Shown one piece after another: positions 1 to 13,171 of a stretch of 64,000 nucleotides of DNA. Every line of letters begins with the position of its first letter. The first letter of the stretch is position 1. Where the stretch lies: NCBI GenBank assembly GCA_964036045.1, contig OZ038378.1, positions 1,984,001 through 2,048,000 of the forward strand, given 5' to 3'. The translations under genes were made by a program, and so were the position numbers. The notes under the pieces are model-generated. The model saw nothing but the letters and a program-made list of their open reading frames with translations, was not told where the DNA came from and searched no databases. This DNA is from Eutreptiella sp. 'Long Island Sound 2002' (lineage: Eukaryota > Protista > Euglenida).

Positions 1-757
1 TGCCGCGAATGGGTGCTCTGAATGTTTGCAAACACATTGCTATCCCTCCTTGTAGTCAATGTGCGTTCTTAAGTGAGGGAATAGCATCAGGCCCCATTGC
101 CCCAAATTTCTTGCGCCATTTTGAGCAATACAAGTATACACGGCTCAGCACAACTTTGTAATCAGGCAAGTTTTCAAATGTCATCTCCCTTGGTTGACGT
201 GACCCAAAGGTGTTTTGTGCACCACGCGCCATGGCCTTTTAGAATGTCACTGTCTTGCTTGAACGTTTCCGGCGTGGCATATTTCTTGCGAAGGGTCCAT
301 TTCATGAACGAGATGATATTGGTCACCTGAGAAGATACATATTTCATTTTTTCAGGGTTTGTTCGGTTCCAAAGGAAGGGTTGATGGTGTACGGGGCACC
401 AAGAATGGAGTGGAGGGTCCCTTGGTGGTGATGTTGTCAGTATGTGGCACATGAGGCTACTTACTAAGCAGGAAGTTCACGTACACTAGGGTGGGGGTGG
501 GGGATTGTGCATGTCTCTCCACGAATCTTTTGGAAGTATTGGCAGGTCGACTTCTTTTGGGGCTCTACACGAACGTTCGTGACCATGTTGCTACCTACAG
601 CCATTTAGACCAGCAGCCATTAGCCCATATTGGGGGGGGCGGTACATGTGCTAAACTACGGCAATTTTGCATGCACTGGAAAAAAAGCTTCCATTGTCGG
701 GGTCGGTTTCTCTACAAGTTGCCTTGTTGCTAAGTTTTGGGGCCGGCAAGTAATTGT

Positions 758-1252
758 CTATATCTTCCTTACTTTGACTCCATTTTGTTGGTTTGGTATA
801 AGTTTGTTTTTGGCTTGTGGGTGTGCACTTCGGTCACAGAGGCATGTGCCGGGGGGGGGGGGGGGTTGTGCAACCCGGCTACGATGACACAAAGATAGCA
901 ACAAGATAGCATGCACCTCATCAGCCACGTATGATGATGTCCGATTTTTCAATCGCTTCAAATACTTCTGAACTTTTTGAGCATGGTGTAGTTCAACATA
1001 GTGCAGCCGCCACCCCACTCGTTTTTGAAACTCTTTTTCTGTGCATATGAGGATTCTGTCCACTGTGCCAATAATTTGTTGGGCTGTGGAGAGTGCCATT
1101 GTTGTCCCAAGCCGATTAAGAGCAAAGGTATTTGTTGCCCATGTCTTGTACCTCTCACGAGCTAGTTGCCACTTATTCTCCAACATAAGGCGAATTTTAT
1201 GCTCTAAGAAAAGGGATGATGAAAGAGTTTGTGTCTTGTTCTTCAGGAGCAC
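758..1252 (-). pseudogene. Degraded coding fragment, no recognisable domain
   Basis: 164-codon open stretch with protein-like composition, flanked by further short minus-strand frames (174-452, 1197-1394). No motif recognised. Confidence 0.25.
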
Positions 1253-2380
1253 ATGGCACCTTTAAAAGGGATTTTGCAAAGTACCCCCGATTGATGCGGC
1301 ACGCATCATCATGCACTGTGACGCAAGTCTCCCAAAGAAAAATGGGGCAACCACTAGTTCGGCAGCCGAAAAAGCTGTTAAGCAGCGGGTCCACTGCAAG
1401 GGGTGGGCAAGGAACGCTCTTTTGTTCATGGTGGGTGGCAAGCGCTCTTGTGGAGGGGATTACGAAACTTTGGTCCCAAACGATAGGTTGATGGGGGATG
1501 CGGCACCGGAAATTGGGTGCAGGGTGGGTTGGTGATAGGCTTTGTGCTTAGTTTGAGGCTGTTCCCTATGAGGCTAGAATGTGGCCGAGCAGCAGGTCCA
1601 ATATACTGGATTGTCAGGGAACACTTGATTCTCCATTGTGGGCATGGTACTGCTCTTGGGGACGGGAGACGGGAAAGGTGTGCTCCCAAAGTATGCATTG
1701 ATCGGGTGTGGTGCATATGAGCTTGATGGAAGGCGGGTTGGCGGGTCTGGTCTCTCTGTGTCTGGTCTCTGTGTCTGGTACCCTTGACATGTACCCAGCA
1801 TTTGGGCTTTTGAAGCCTTTGCCGTGCTCACAAGAGGCCGTCAGCTGTGCACGTGTTTCAACACCGTCCACCCTGAAATGACAACCGGTCACTCGCCACC
1901 CCACCTCTGTGTCTTCCAGTACAATTTCTCTTGTTCGACACTCTTAGTAGGAGTTATTGGAGAGCATCGTTTTCAGAACCTGTTGCATACAGAATGTAAT
2001 GTCCACTGTACATGTAACATGGACGTACATGTTACACATCATACAGGCAAGCAGGACATACGTCAGAGTGTGCTGATATCACTTCACCGATGGCTGTGTA
2101 GCAATCCTTCTTCGAGCCAACGATGAATTTCACCATCGTCGAAGGTGTTAAGGGTTCGAGTTACCATTGGAAAATTGGTTCGAAGGTGTTAAGGGTTCGA
2201 GTTACATTGTGTGCCAGGTGCGGCTCTAATTCTGCAGTAGAATGATGCGTTCATCAATAATAGAATATCCGTCGGCAATGCTAACGATATCTATCATCTA
2301 AATTCATGAAACAACAACACATACAATTCGCGTACCATAAAATGGTATTGAGCTGGCTACATTATGGAGAATTGCCAGCT

Positions 2381-2735
2381 TGAGCAGCAGGAGCAGGAGC
2401 TTGAGCTTGAGGAGCAGGTGCAGGAGCTTGAGCTTGAGGAGCAGGAGCAGGAGCTTGAGCTTGAGGAGCAGGAGCAGGAGCTTGAGCTTGAGGAGCAGGA
2501 GCAGGAGCTTGAGCTTGAGGAGCAGGAGCAACAGCTTGAGCTTGAGGAGCAGGAGCAGGAGCTTGAGCTTGAGGAGCAGGAGCAACAGCTTGAGCTTGAG
2601 GAGCAGGAGCAGGAGCTTGAGCTTGAGGAGGAGGAGCGGGAGCTTGAGCTTGAGGAGCAGGAGCAGGAGCTTGAGCTTGAGGAGCAGGAGCAGGAGCTTG
2701 AGCTTGAGGAGCAGGAGCAACAGCTTGAGCAGCTT
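2381..2735. repeat. 27-bp coding minisatellite (APAPQAQAP on minus strand)
   Basis: About 13 tandem copies of gagcaggagcaggagcttgagcttgag. Confidence 0.95.
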
Positions 2736-3459
2736 GAGCAGCTTGAGCAATAGCTTGAGCAGCCTGAAGATCAGCTTGAGCTTGAGTAGCTTGAGCTTGA
2801 GCAGCCTGAAGATCAGCTTGAGCTTGAGCAACAGCTTGAGCATCAGCCTGAGCAACAGATCGAGCAGCATGAAGATCAGCTTGAGCTTGGTTGAGCTGTA
2901 ACTTAAGTTGATCATACTGAGTATTTATGGCTATGACCTGATCTTTGGCGTTGACAAATTCTGCTTCGACGGCATTTATTTCAACCTTGAGATCGTCGTT
3001 CTCCTGGATAACAGTGTTTATACTCGATTCGAGATCTTTATAAGCCTTTTCAAAGAAAGCCTTTTCCAAATTGAAATTGTCATTGTTCTGACGAAGGGTT
3101 TTTTTAGTGTTGTCAAGCTTCTGAATAAGGGCTTGAGTCTGCTGAGTAAGGGCTTGATTGCAAGCTTCCAGTTGCTGAATGTACACGTTTGTATTTGCTA
3201 CCATAGATGAGTATGGAGAAATAGGCAACATGTCGGTAACGGTAGCTTGGGGGGCAAGAGTTTTGATGATTTTGGCGTGCGCGGTATTAAGAGAGTCGTG
3301 GAGACAAGCACCATCATTAATTAATACCGTTTCATCCACCACCTGGGAGGACGTGCTTGTTGATCGGAGATGAAATCTGTGAGGTACAGAATAAGTATTT
3401 CTCATGGTCCCATCGCTTTCGATCGTATAAGCAAACTCTGCGGTCACATTTGTGACAAT

Positions 3460-3845
3460 GTGTACAGGGGTGTGAACACCTTGGGGAGGGTGTACAGGGG
3501 GGTGAACACCTTGGGGAGGGTGTACAGGGGGGTGAACACCTTGGGGAGGGTGTACAGGGTGTGAACACCTTGGGGAGGGTGTACAGGGGGGTGAACACCT
3601 TGGGGAGGGTGTACAGGGTGTGAACACCTTGGGGAGGGTGTACAGGGGTGTGAACACCTGTGAGAGGGTGTACAGGGGTGTGAACACCTGTGAGAGGGTG
3701 TACAGGGGATTGAACACCTGTGAGAGGGTGTACAGGGGTGTGAACACCTGTGAGAGGGTGTACAGGGGATTGAACACCTGTGAGAGGGTGTACAGGGGTG
3801 TGAACACCTGTGAGAGGGTGTACAGGGGATTGAACAACTGTGGGA
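3460..3845. repeat. 30-bp coding minisatellite, two subtypes
   Basis: Units ttggggagggtgtacaggggggtgaacacc and tgtgagagggtgtacagggg(t/a)(g/t)tgaacacc, about 12 copies, two of them 29 bp. Confidence 0.95.
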
Positions 3846-5850
3846 GGGTCATACTCATTCTTGAAAGCGCCATTACAATAGTAATCGGTGAGCTTTTCAA
3901 TAGTGGTATAATCGCTCTTGAACTTATTGTTCGGTATTTTGAGGGTTTCCATGTTGCGTTTGATTAGAGCGTTGGTCGTTTCAGGATCATCGACTGGCCA
4001 GTCAAACAAAGAGACAACGGATACCAAAACATTTGTACCATTCACGGCTCTAGAAAGAGTACGTAGCTCCGTGGGGTTGTAGGGGGTAGTCTTATTTCTC
4101 AGCTTCAAATCGAAGTCGCGTCACGATACAAACAGGGTGAAAATTTCCTCTTCTTGGATGGTGGCTCCGCGGGTTGCCTTTGTAGCATACTGACGGGGGG
4201 TAAATAAACTGGATACAAAGATGATGCAGTGTGTTGCAGAGCAGAGAGCTGCGGCAACGCCTGTATCCTAAGTATACATGCAGATGAGATGATCATTCAT
4301 TTGCCACGTAGCCAAGAGGCGGGGATGATCATCAGATGGCCAGATGGCCAGTTTCATTCACTTAACGGTTCAACTTCCCAATATGTCCGAACCTTTCTCC
4401 GAACCGTGGGGACCTGCTTCTCTTTGCATCACGGCACCTGCCCCTATTGGATTTTATTTGATTGGATGATTACTTTGGTGATTTAGGTGCAGAAGTTGGT
4501 CGGTGGTTGGCTCGCGGAAGTTAGCAGAAAATTTATCAATAGAAATCTTTCTCAGTACCTTTCGCCACATCAATAGTTACCCCAAGTGGTCGAGGAGACA
4601 AGGTCCAGGAAAGGTTTTCCTACCCCAAGGGGGCGTTTTCGCACAACGCCTGCACAACGCCAATTGTTACGGTGATTATCCAGGTAACAAGGCTGAAAAC
4701 CACCCACCAGCGGAATCATGCACAATCAATTCAAAGCTCAAAAATTCAAACATCTGATGCTTGCCATGGGTACCGGCGACCTAAATTCTGCCCCCTATAG
4801 CCCCGTCCACTGCAGCAGCCATTCAATGACGTCCTTTCAATCTTATGAACCTTTTCGAACTCCCGGTGGTGCAGAACAGCCAACTTTTTGCACAGCGTGC
4901 GCACAGCGCACGGTACGCCCCCCAATGCTCCTACCCCTCCTTACATCGCAGCCCACCAAGTGGTTGACGTAGGCAGAGTGGTCTCTCCTACCCCTCCTCC
5001 TACCCCTCACAGGAAAAAAATTGCCCCCCCCCCCCTGGCCGAATCCCCAGGGACATTGCAACGGGAACATTCCCCCGCGTTACACCCGAGTTAGTCTAGT
5101 TACGCGTGCGTTTTGCCGGTGGACGGTGAATGGGTTCCTGGTGCAGAACCAACCATGTGAACCATGAGCATACTGATAACAAATCTTGGCCATCCGTCCT
5201 CTCAGTGTCTCAGCAACAAGAACTCCAAATGGAGCCGCTCCGCTGCCACACGCAAGAACCCCCCTTTCATCCCCTACAACCCGCATATTGGCCGTTGTGC
5301 GTGGTGCTACCGGCAAGAGCGACGGGGGCGACCGTTCTTTCTACCGAAACGGTGTTTTATTCGCATTGACACTTCAGACACCGATCAGACACCGACGGGC
5401 AAAAGGCGGAAAGGGTAGGCAGTGCATGGAAAACAGAAAATGGTCAACAGTGGCAACAGTGGCACAACAACAGTGCAGGAGACATTGGTCACTACCTGTT
5501 ACACAACTCGCCTCACCTGGACTTGTGGACAAACTGGACAACACCACTGGTCTCCGGCAGTACCGGCTTGTCATGCTAGTCTGCCAGCAGTATATATCAC
5601 TGACAGTAAATAACCTGACATCCCGGTTCATCCCCTTGTAGACAAACACGGAGTACGGCAAAGGCAGTACATCAAGGGCACCCGTGGGCCCGTCACACAC
5701 ACAGGTCACACCTCAAACTCCCCCTGTCAGAGAGCCTTTCACCCAGCCACCCGTCAATCCCTGGTTAGAACAAAGCTTACCCAGAGCCCCCAACATGGCT
5801 GCAGCCGCTGCACACCAGGAGCAACTGAGACACAAATCGAGACGGATGGA

Positions 5851-7062
5851 TCAGTCGATGACGACGACGCCGTCCTTGTCCTCCTCCGGGTCCCTCTTCG
5901 CCTGCATGCGCTCATCAATGTCTGCCCGCGCCTTCAGCAGCAGCGAGCGGACCTGATCCAGGACCTTGTCCGGACACGGGCCGCCGCCGCACTCGGTGTC
6001 CACCGCCATCACGCTGCCCTGCAGGGGCCCCAGGGCGTGGCGGGCAACGGCCACTGCCACAGCCCCGCAGGTGTTGTCCTTCCGCTGCGCCCAGCCCCGC
6101 ACGGCCAGGGGGAGATGATCTTCCTGCAGGTGGTAGAGCTCCTCGTTCTCTTGGTCCTCGTCGGCCAGCTGCTTGAATGCACGCCGCAGCGCCCGCTCCA
6201 TGTGGGACCAGCCGCCGCCTGACCGGCAGCCGACGGAGTCCGCGGTGATCATCTGTCAGTGGGGCATCTCATTGTCCGTGCGGCGGAACCACAGGGTCCG
6301 CCAGTGCGTTCCATGGCCGCGATGTTGCCTGCGGTCCGTGTTCATGGGGACGACCAGAAGTTTGTAATGCCTCAGCATGGCCTTCGCGCTCGACGTGAAC
6401 CGGTTTTTCGCTTGAACCTGCTGCAGCTCGGCGATGGGGAGCACATTCGCCTAGTCTGGTTGGGGCAGTGTGGCCATTACCTTGTCAATCAAGTAGGCTG
6501 ACAGATCTGCAACAGGAGGAAGGGAGCAGAGTGGTGATTGTGCTTGGAGTGGGGATTATGCTTCAGCACAAGACATGTGGTGGAGGGACGGCTGTTGCAC
6601 ACCTACGGCCACGTCGTCCCCCTCTTGTACTCGCTTCCGCTTCTGCCCGATGGTTGTCATGGAAAGAGGTCCCTGCTTAGTGTCAACATGTCGCGTGTGA
6701 TGTTGGCATGTAGCTAAATGGCAGGTCCCATGTGGGGGGCAGACCGAGTGCGTGGGGCTTGTTTGTCCATGGTAGGTGGCATATTGCTCTAGTAGAAGGG
6801 ATACAAGGCATGGAGGGTCCGGAAACTCAGTTTTATCACGGTTAACCCAAATCCCTTGATGAATAACCATGTCTTCAACTAGACCACAATTAACCCATAG
6901 GCAGGCCACCAAGCCACGAAAAGTGTGCGTTGTGTCAATGCACCTATAGCTCCCCAAATCCAAGCACTCAAGTTTCAGAAAGTACATCCTTGAACCAATG
7001 AGAACTCCAGAACATTTTAAACATACTTTGTGTGCAATTCTCTGCCTCATCAAGCGTCGCAA
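5851..7062 (-). pseudogene. Ulp1/SENP-like (C48) cysteine protease domain at the end of a disrupted long frame
   Basis: ORFs 6556-7062, 6256-6444 and 5851-6252 share one frame, broken by TAA, TAG (6453-6451) and TGA. Motifs in Ulp1 order: LVVPMN...GTHW (His), TADS (Asp), AQRKDNTCG (Gln, Cys). Confidence 0.75.
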
Positions 7063-8654
7063 CGGTCAGAACACAATTAGTGAAGTCCACTGTGAAAATC
7101 TGAATACAAGGTAGCATGCTGCATGTTGCATGTTGCATGTTGCATGAAACGCACAACGAGCATGCTTGCTCTCACCATCTTCACTATGGATGCTCTCCTC
7201 AAACCGAAACCCACATTGATTTTAATCACCCCAAACTCACCCCATAAATGGATGGTTTGTTCCCCTACGATACAAAATCATGGTTGTATTGGTTCCCCTT
7301 CCTAGATGATGACCAATACATAGCCCTACAACGCTTGCACTGACACTACAGCCAATCACCATGGGAAGGGGAGTCCCATAGTGTCCACAAGGACTTGTTG
7401 GGGTTGGGGGTTCGGGGAGGAAGTGTAGTTGACAGTGTCTCCTTGAACCCCTTCATACCTGCAGATTATCAGTATCACTGTTGGTGTCATGATCTACTGA
7501 CTCGTCATCGTCGTCATCATCCTTGGCTTCCTCGCTATTTTCTTCCAAGTCAGAAAGAGTCGGAACGTAATCCTCATTTTTTCCATATGGTGCACCGCAG
7601 TCGGTGGGCGTAAACGGAATGGAGCAAGGCAAAAGATTGGGCGTGATTTGGGTGGGCTAGTAGCACGGACAGAGTGTAGCACTTGCGAAATGGTATGATT
7701 GACTTATCTACATCCTGTCGCCATGCGCGGTTGGGTGATAGCCATCATCGTTGCTCACTTTCCAACCTCTGGTTGCGGCTCCCGATGCGCGGTGCTGCTT
7801 ATATGGTGTTGCCGTGGTAGTTTTGGCCACGAGACGCCAGTTTTCCCAGGGCTTCCTTTTCCGGGAGATTTGGTAGGGTGGTTGTAAAACGACATTTGAT
7901 TTCTTGACAATTGTTTTGCAACCTAATATGATGCTCAAAATGATGAATACGACATGAGTGTTCAAAGCCTCCATGGCTGATACTCTGGCACCCCTTACCA
8001 TGACTTTTGTGGAGAAGACAACGGTGATGAACGGCAACAAGTCAACATCCGGAAGTCTGTAGCGCTCCCTCTTGGGGCGCTTGTTGGCTTTGATGCACCC
8101 CTATACACCCCAGAAAGAGGGCCCTCTTGATTGGGTTGGTGTGGATTCTAGTGTTCAATGCAAAACTACTTGGTCGAGGAACTCCCGCATCTCCCGCAGC
8201 TACTTGCTTGCTTTTGTAGTCTGTGGTAGGGGCTGTAGAGGTGGTGCAAAGGGGGGCGGGGTGTTGCGGTCTGCATTTTTCTGCCGCTTCTGCAATTTTT
8301 TTTTGCATTTTCCGGGTTGGTCCCTCAATGAAATGTGCAAGAGGAATCATTGTAGTGGTATTGTGCACTCCCATCAAAAGATCGTCTTGCATTCAGTTAG
8401 TTGTGAGGAACAATGGGTTTTTTGGGCGCAGAGTTCGTTTTTGGCACACAACAAGAGGGAATTGTTTCGTTTGACCTCATGTCTGGATAATCAAAGTAGT
8501 CAGAGTTTTGTTGAGAATTCACAATGATGAAAAAGACAACAAACGATTCCGACCCTGAGCCGACCTCCGGGTCGGACGCTTATGGGGGCGTGCGTTGATG
8601 GGCAAACATTGTTTTAAAAAAATTTCCTTAGTTGTGTATATTCAAATCATCCCC

Positions 8655-10748
8655 GAATGTCCACCCTTGCGGCTTAGTACCACAAAATCGCCCGTGAGGC
8701 TGGACTCTGTCTATTTAGCAGGTGCACGGTAGAGAATGCACCTTCCACCACGTGATGCTCGGGGGCTCTAAAATCCACATGCAGATTTTCCCTCCACCGT
8801 TGTCTACCGCAACCATAGCCGTGCTACCAAGGTGGGTGCGGGGCATGGCCTTTTGAATGACAATGTACGGTGGCTTTTGGTCCAATCGCCAAGGCGAAAA
8901 CCTCCACCCATGTCCATCTCTGCAACTTAGTGCCATAGAGCCACAGAGCCGTGAGACTGGACTCTGTTTAGGTAGCAGGTCCACCGTGGATAATCCACGT
9001 TCCACTGCGGGATGCTCGGGGGCTGTGGATCCACATGCAGATTTTTCCTTCACTGTTGTTCACCGCAGCCATAGCTGTGCTACGAGGGTGGGTCTAGTGC
9101 ATGGCATTTTGCATGACAATGCATGGTGGCTTTTGGCCCATTCACCAAGGTAAAACATCCACCAATGTCCATCTTTGCCGCATAGAGTGAGAGAGTTGCC
9201 CGTGAGGCTGGATTATGTCTAGGTATCAGGTCCACCGTGGATAATGGACGTTCCATTGCGGGATGCTCGGGGACTCTAGAAGCCACGTGCAGATTTTTCC
9301 TTCACTGTTGTCTACCGCAGCCATAGCCGCGGTACCCGGGTGGGTGCAATGCATGGCTTTTGGTCCAATCGCCAAGGCAAAACCTCCAACCATGTCCATC
9401 TTTGCAGCTTAGTACCACAGAGTCGCCCGTGAGGCTGGACTCTGTGTAGGTAGCATGCCCACCGTGGATAATCGACGTTCCATTGGAGGGTGCCAGGGGG
9501 CTGTGGATCCAGATGCAGATTTTTCCTTCACTGTTGTGCACCGCAACCACAGCCGTGGTGGGCGCAGTGCATGGCATTTTGAATGACAATGCATGGTGGC
9601 TTCGGGTCCAATGGTCAAGGCAAAACATCCATCAATGTCCATCTGTGCAGCTTAGTGCCACAGAGTTTCCCGTGAGACTGCACTCTGTCTAGGTAGCAGG
9701 TCCCGCGTGGATAATCCACATTCCACTCGATGGTGCTCGGGGGCTCTAGAATCAACGTGCACATTTTTCCCTCACGGTTGTCTACCATAGCGATAGCCGT
9801 GCTACTGGTGTGGGTGTAGTGCATGGCATTTTGAATGACAATGCATGGTGGCTTCGGGTCCAATGGTCAAGGCAAAACATCCATCAATGTCCATCTGTGC
9901 AGCTTAGTGCCACAGAGTTTCCCGTGAGACTGCACTCTGTCTAGGTAGCAGGTCCCCCGTGGATAATCCACATTCCACTCGATGGTGCTCGGGGGCTCTA
10001 GAATCAACGTGCACATTTTTCCCTCACGGTTGTCTACCATAGCGATAGCCGTGCGACTGGTGTGGGTGTAGTGCATGGCATTTTTAATGACAATGCATGG
10101 TGCCTTCAGGTCCAATCGCCAAAGCGACACATCCGCCAATGACCATCGCTGTGCCTTAGTGCTAGAGAGTTGCCCTCTAGGCTGGATTCTGTCTAAGTAG
10201 CAATTCTAGTTTGGATAAACCACTTTCCACTGCGGGGTACTCGGGGGCTGCATAATCCGCGTGCAGATTTTTCCTTTGCTGTTTACAACCACAACCATAT
10301 ATGTGCTATCAGGTCGGGTGCCATGCATGGCATTTTGAAAGACAATGCATGGTGGCTTCTGGTCCAATCGCCAAGGCCAAACATCCACCAATGTCCATCT
10401 CTGCACCTTAGTGCCACATAATCACCTGTGAGGGTGCACTCTGTCTAGGTAGCAGGTCCACCGTGGAGATTCCACGTTCCACTGCGGGATGCTGGGGGGG
10501 GGTTTAGAATCCACGTGCAATTTTTCCTTCATTTTTGTCCACCGGAGCCATAGCCGTGCTACCAAGGTGGGTGCATTGCATGGCATTTTCAATGACAATG
10601 CATGGTGGCTTTTCGTCCAAACGCCAAGCCAAATTGTCCACCAGTGTCCATCTCTGCAGCACAGTGACAGAGAGGCCCCCGTGAGGCTGGACTATGTCTA
10701 GGTAGCTGCTCCACTGTGGATAATCCACGTTCCACTGCGGGATGCTCG
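8655..10748. repeat. 252-bp satellite, block 1 (about 8.5 units)
   Basis: Anchor ggtagcaggtccacc and its variants recur at about 8714, 8971, 9222, 9449, 9692, 9944, 10196, 10448 and 10701. Confidence 0.95.
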
Positions 10749-11556
10749 ACACGAAAAAATGGTGGTACCCTGGTTGCAACCGTGATGCCGTAAATTTTAT
10801 GACTCAGAGTGAAAGACAGGTTTTTGGAAGTGTCGGGGGGGGGGGGGGTAACTTGGTGCCACCGTTTCAGGTTGCGGCACTTTTATTGGTCTAACGATGG
10901 GCACCCACCTAACTGCTTTGCAGAAGTGGAAGACTTGGCAACCTTGCGCTCCCCAGACACAACTACAGAATCCACTGCAGGTGCGAGTATCCCGGAATCC
11001 ACTAACCGGGGGTCCGATGATGAGCTGCCCGAAGAATGGCGGCCGAAGAACGCACCGGGCCGTGCAGAGCGAAGACAAAATTCGCAAAGTAGACCCTCAC
11101 CGGCATGAGGATACTTGTCCCGACGATACCTTTGATCGGCAGAGGACAACGAATCCCAGGGGATCAACGACACGTCTTTTTGTGGATAGTAAAAACACTT
11201 CATGGTGCTGTTATGGTCATGGTCATGGTCATGTCCCAAAGTAATTGACGCCTCCAACTCAGTTCCTCCACAACCCATAAACCCCCACGTGTCGGCAAAA
11301 CGAGGGGGCAAAGTGCCACAAAACTAGTAATTTGGCAAAATGAATCGGCGAGATTCAGAACCCTAACAATTTGGCACACCCATTCGGCAAAATCGACCAA
11401 ACTCGGCCGCCGACTCGGTTGGGGGGGGGGGGGGGGGGGTTACATAGGTCACTTGGAAGGTCACTTGGCGGGCCGGAGCCGGGTCACTTGGTGGTGGGTT
11501 AGCCCGATTAACCCCCTAGCCCCCCTTCCCCCCTTTCACGAGTCGCGACACGCAGG

Positions 11557-12905
11557 CTACCCCTCCTGCGTGGTGGGGTTCTGCTTGGGCGCATCCTTGT
11601 TGCCGGCACCCCCCTTGTCACCCCCCGTGTCCCCCGTGCACCCCCCCCCCCCCTCCTTGGCTCCCTTGTCACACCCCTCCCCCTTGTTGTCCCCCGCCAA
11701 GGCCTCCCGGAGGTGGTGCTCCGCCTCCTCCCGGGTGCGGAAGATGAGCTCTCCCGGCACCCGGAAGGTGCCCCCCCCTTTCTCTACCCTCCACACTCTT
11801 CACCCTTCCCCTCTCCGGACTCTCTCATGCAAGGTTGAAGTTGGTGCGGTTGCATACGCCCCCCCTCTGGTTGGGGACGGTGATCGTTCATGGTGAAGAG
11901 TGTTTTTGCAGCCTAGTTCGGAGGGTTGGGCCAACGAAGGGAGCATTTACGAGGCTTGCTTCCCCATGTTGTGCAGTCCCCGGCACAACATAGAAATGAT
12001 GCATCAAGGAAAAGATGGAACCTCAACACAATTCCATTCCTCGGAAACAAGCTAATTCCGTCTGCTCTTTTCCTCTTCTTCCCCTTCTTCTCCCCCTCCC
12101 CGCGGTTGGGGGAATGCGGCTGCTGCTAGGGGGCTCCAACTTTGGGCTTGGTCAGCCTCTCCCTCACCTCCTCCTTCACCTTCACCTTCCCCACCTCCCC
12201 CACCTCCTACTCCTCCTCATCCATGTCCTCCTCCTTCACCTTCCTCTCCTTCCTCCCCCTTGCCACCGCTTGCTCCATCCACGCCACAACCCTGTCCCGT
12301 GTCTCCACCTCCTTCTTCTAATGCTCCCGCATCTTCTCCTGCGCCTTTTCAAGGTTCCTCCGTGCCCACTGTGTCCGCTCCTCGTTCCCCTCCACACTCG
12401 CCAGCTTCTCCTGGCATCCCTTAACCTTTCCCTTGCCCTTGTCCTTGCCACGCTTTGGGCTGGCAACGAACCCGAGAGCTTTAGGAGCTCGCCCTCCCCC
12501 TTTTTGATCTCCCTTTCGCTCGGGGACTCCTCCTCCCCCTCGTCCTCCCCCACCTCCTCCACCTCCTCCTCCTGCTTTGCCACCACCGGGGCGGATTTCT
12601 GAGCCGCGCAGGAGCGACGGGGTTGGGGTTGAGGATGCTAGGCTTGGGGTTGCAACCGGGGCTCGTCCTCCGGTACGGGTTGCCGGGGTTGCTCGGGTTG
12701 GGGTTGCAACCGGGGCCCGTCCTCCGGTACGGGTTGCTGGGGTTGCTGGGGTTGGGGTTGCAACCGCGGCTCGTCCTCCGGTACGGGTTGCTGCGTCTGG
12801 GGTTGGTGGACCAGGTGCGCAGCTTTCATTGGAAAGAAGTATGAAATGTCTAAGCGTGAGAGAGGGACAAACATCGGAGAATGTACTATGGGCAATAGCA
12901 AGCAT
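11557..12905 (-). mobile_element. Degenerate low-complexity gag/ORF1-like relic between satellite blocks
   Basis: GC-rich, Gly/Lys/Glu-rich broken frames (KGKGKVKG, charged helix) with poly-C tracts. No RT or integrase motif seen. Confidence 0.3.
12645..12805. repeat. 54-bp tandem repeat (TRTGGRAPVATPTRATPA on minus strand)
   Basis: Three copies of ggggttgcaaccg(g/c)ggc(t/c)cgtcctccggtacgggttgc... Confidence 0.9.
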
Positions 12906-13171
12906 GAACGGCGGAACAATGAAGGAACCGCCACTTCTCTTGGTGGACGTTACATCGTTGTAGTATTCATCGAATCTAGGCTAGGACATCGGGTCTAGAC
13001 CATTGAATATGCATGGGTATTGAGGTTCGACACTCTGTTAACAACACAACACTTGTGCTGGGCCGGCATCCGCTGCATTGGTTATGGTCCACGGTGGGAG
13101 GATTCGGAGTGCGGTGATCACTACGTCCCGTGGAATGTACATGAGGTTTGACACTCTGTTGGCAACACAAC

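Larger units (their letters stand above)
2362..4296 (-). pseudogene. Frameshifted intronless protein: basic NLS-like motif, PVHPxxGVHT 10-aa repeats, coiled coil, APAPQAQAP 9-aa tail
   Basis: ORFs 4105-4296 (PPSKKRKF), 3332-4108 and 2362-3900 read as one protein if two 29-bp units in the 30-bp array (about 3541 and 3600) and one shift near 4120 are corrected. Heptad-like segment ACNQALTQQTQALIQKLDN...QLKLQLNQAQADL. Confidence 0.65.

Noticed and set aside
2139-2205. 26-bp direct repeat tcgaaggtgttaagggttcgagttac x2 with a B-box-like GGTTCGA
   Set aside because: Only two copies with a 15-bp spacer, and no tRNA cloverleaf around it.
2304-2915. ORFs of poly-LK, EQELEL and SRSL type
   Set aside because: Alternative frames of the 27-bp repeat. 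Only the APAPQAQ frame is continuous with unique coding sequence.
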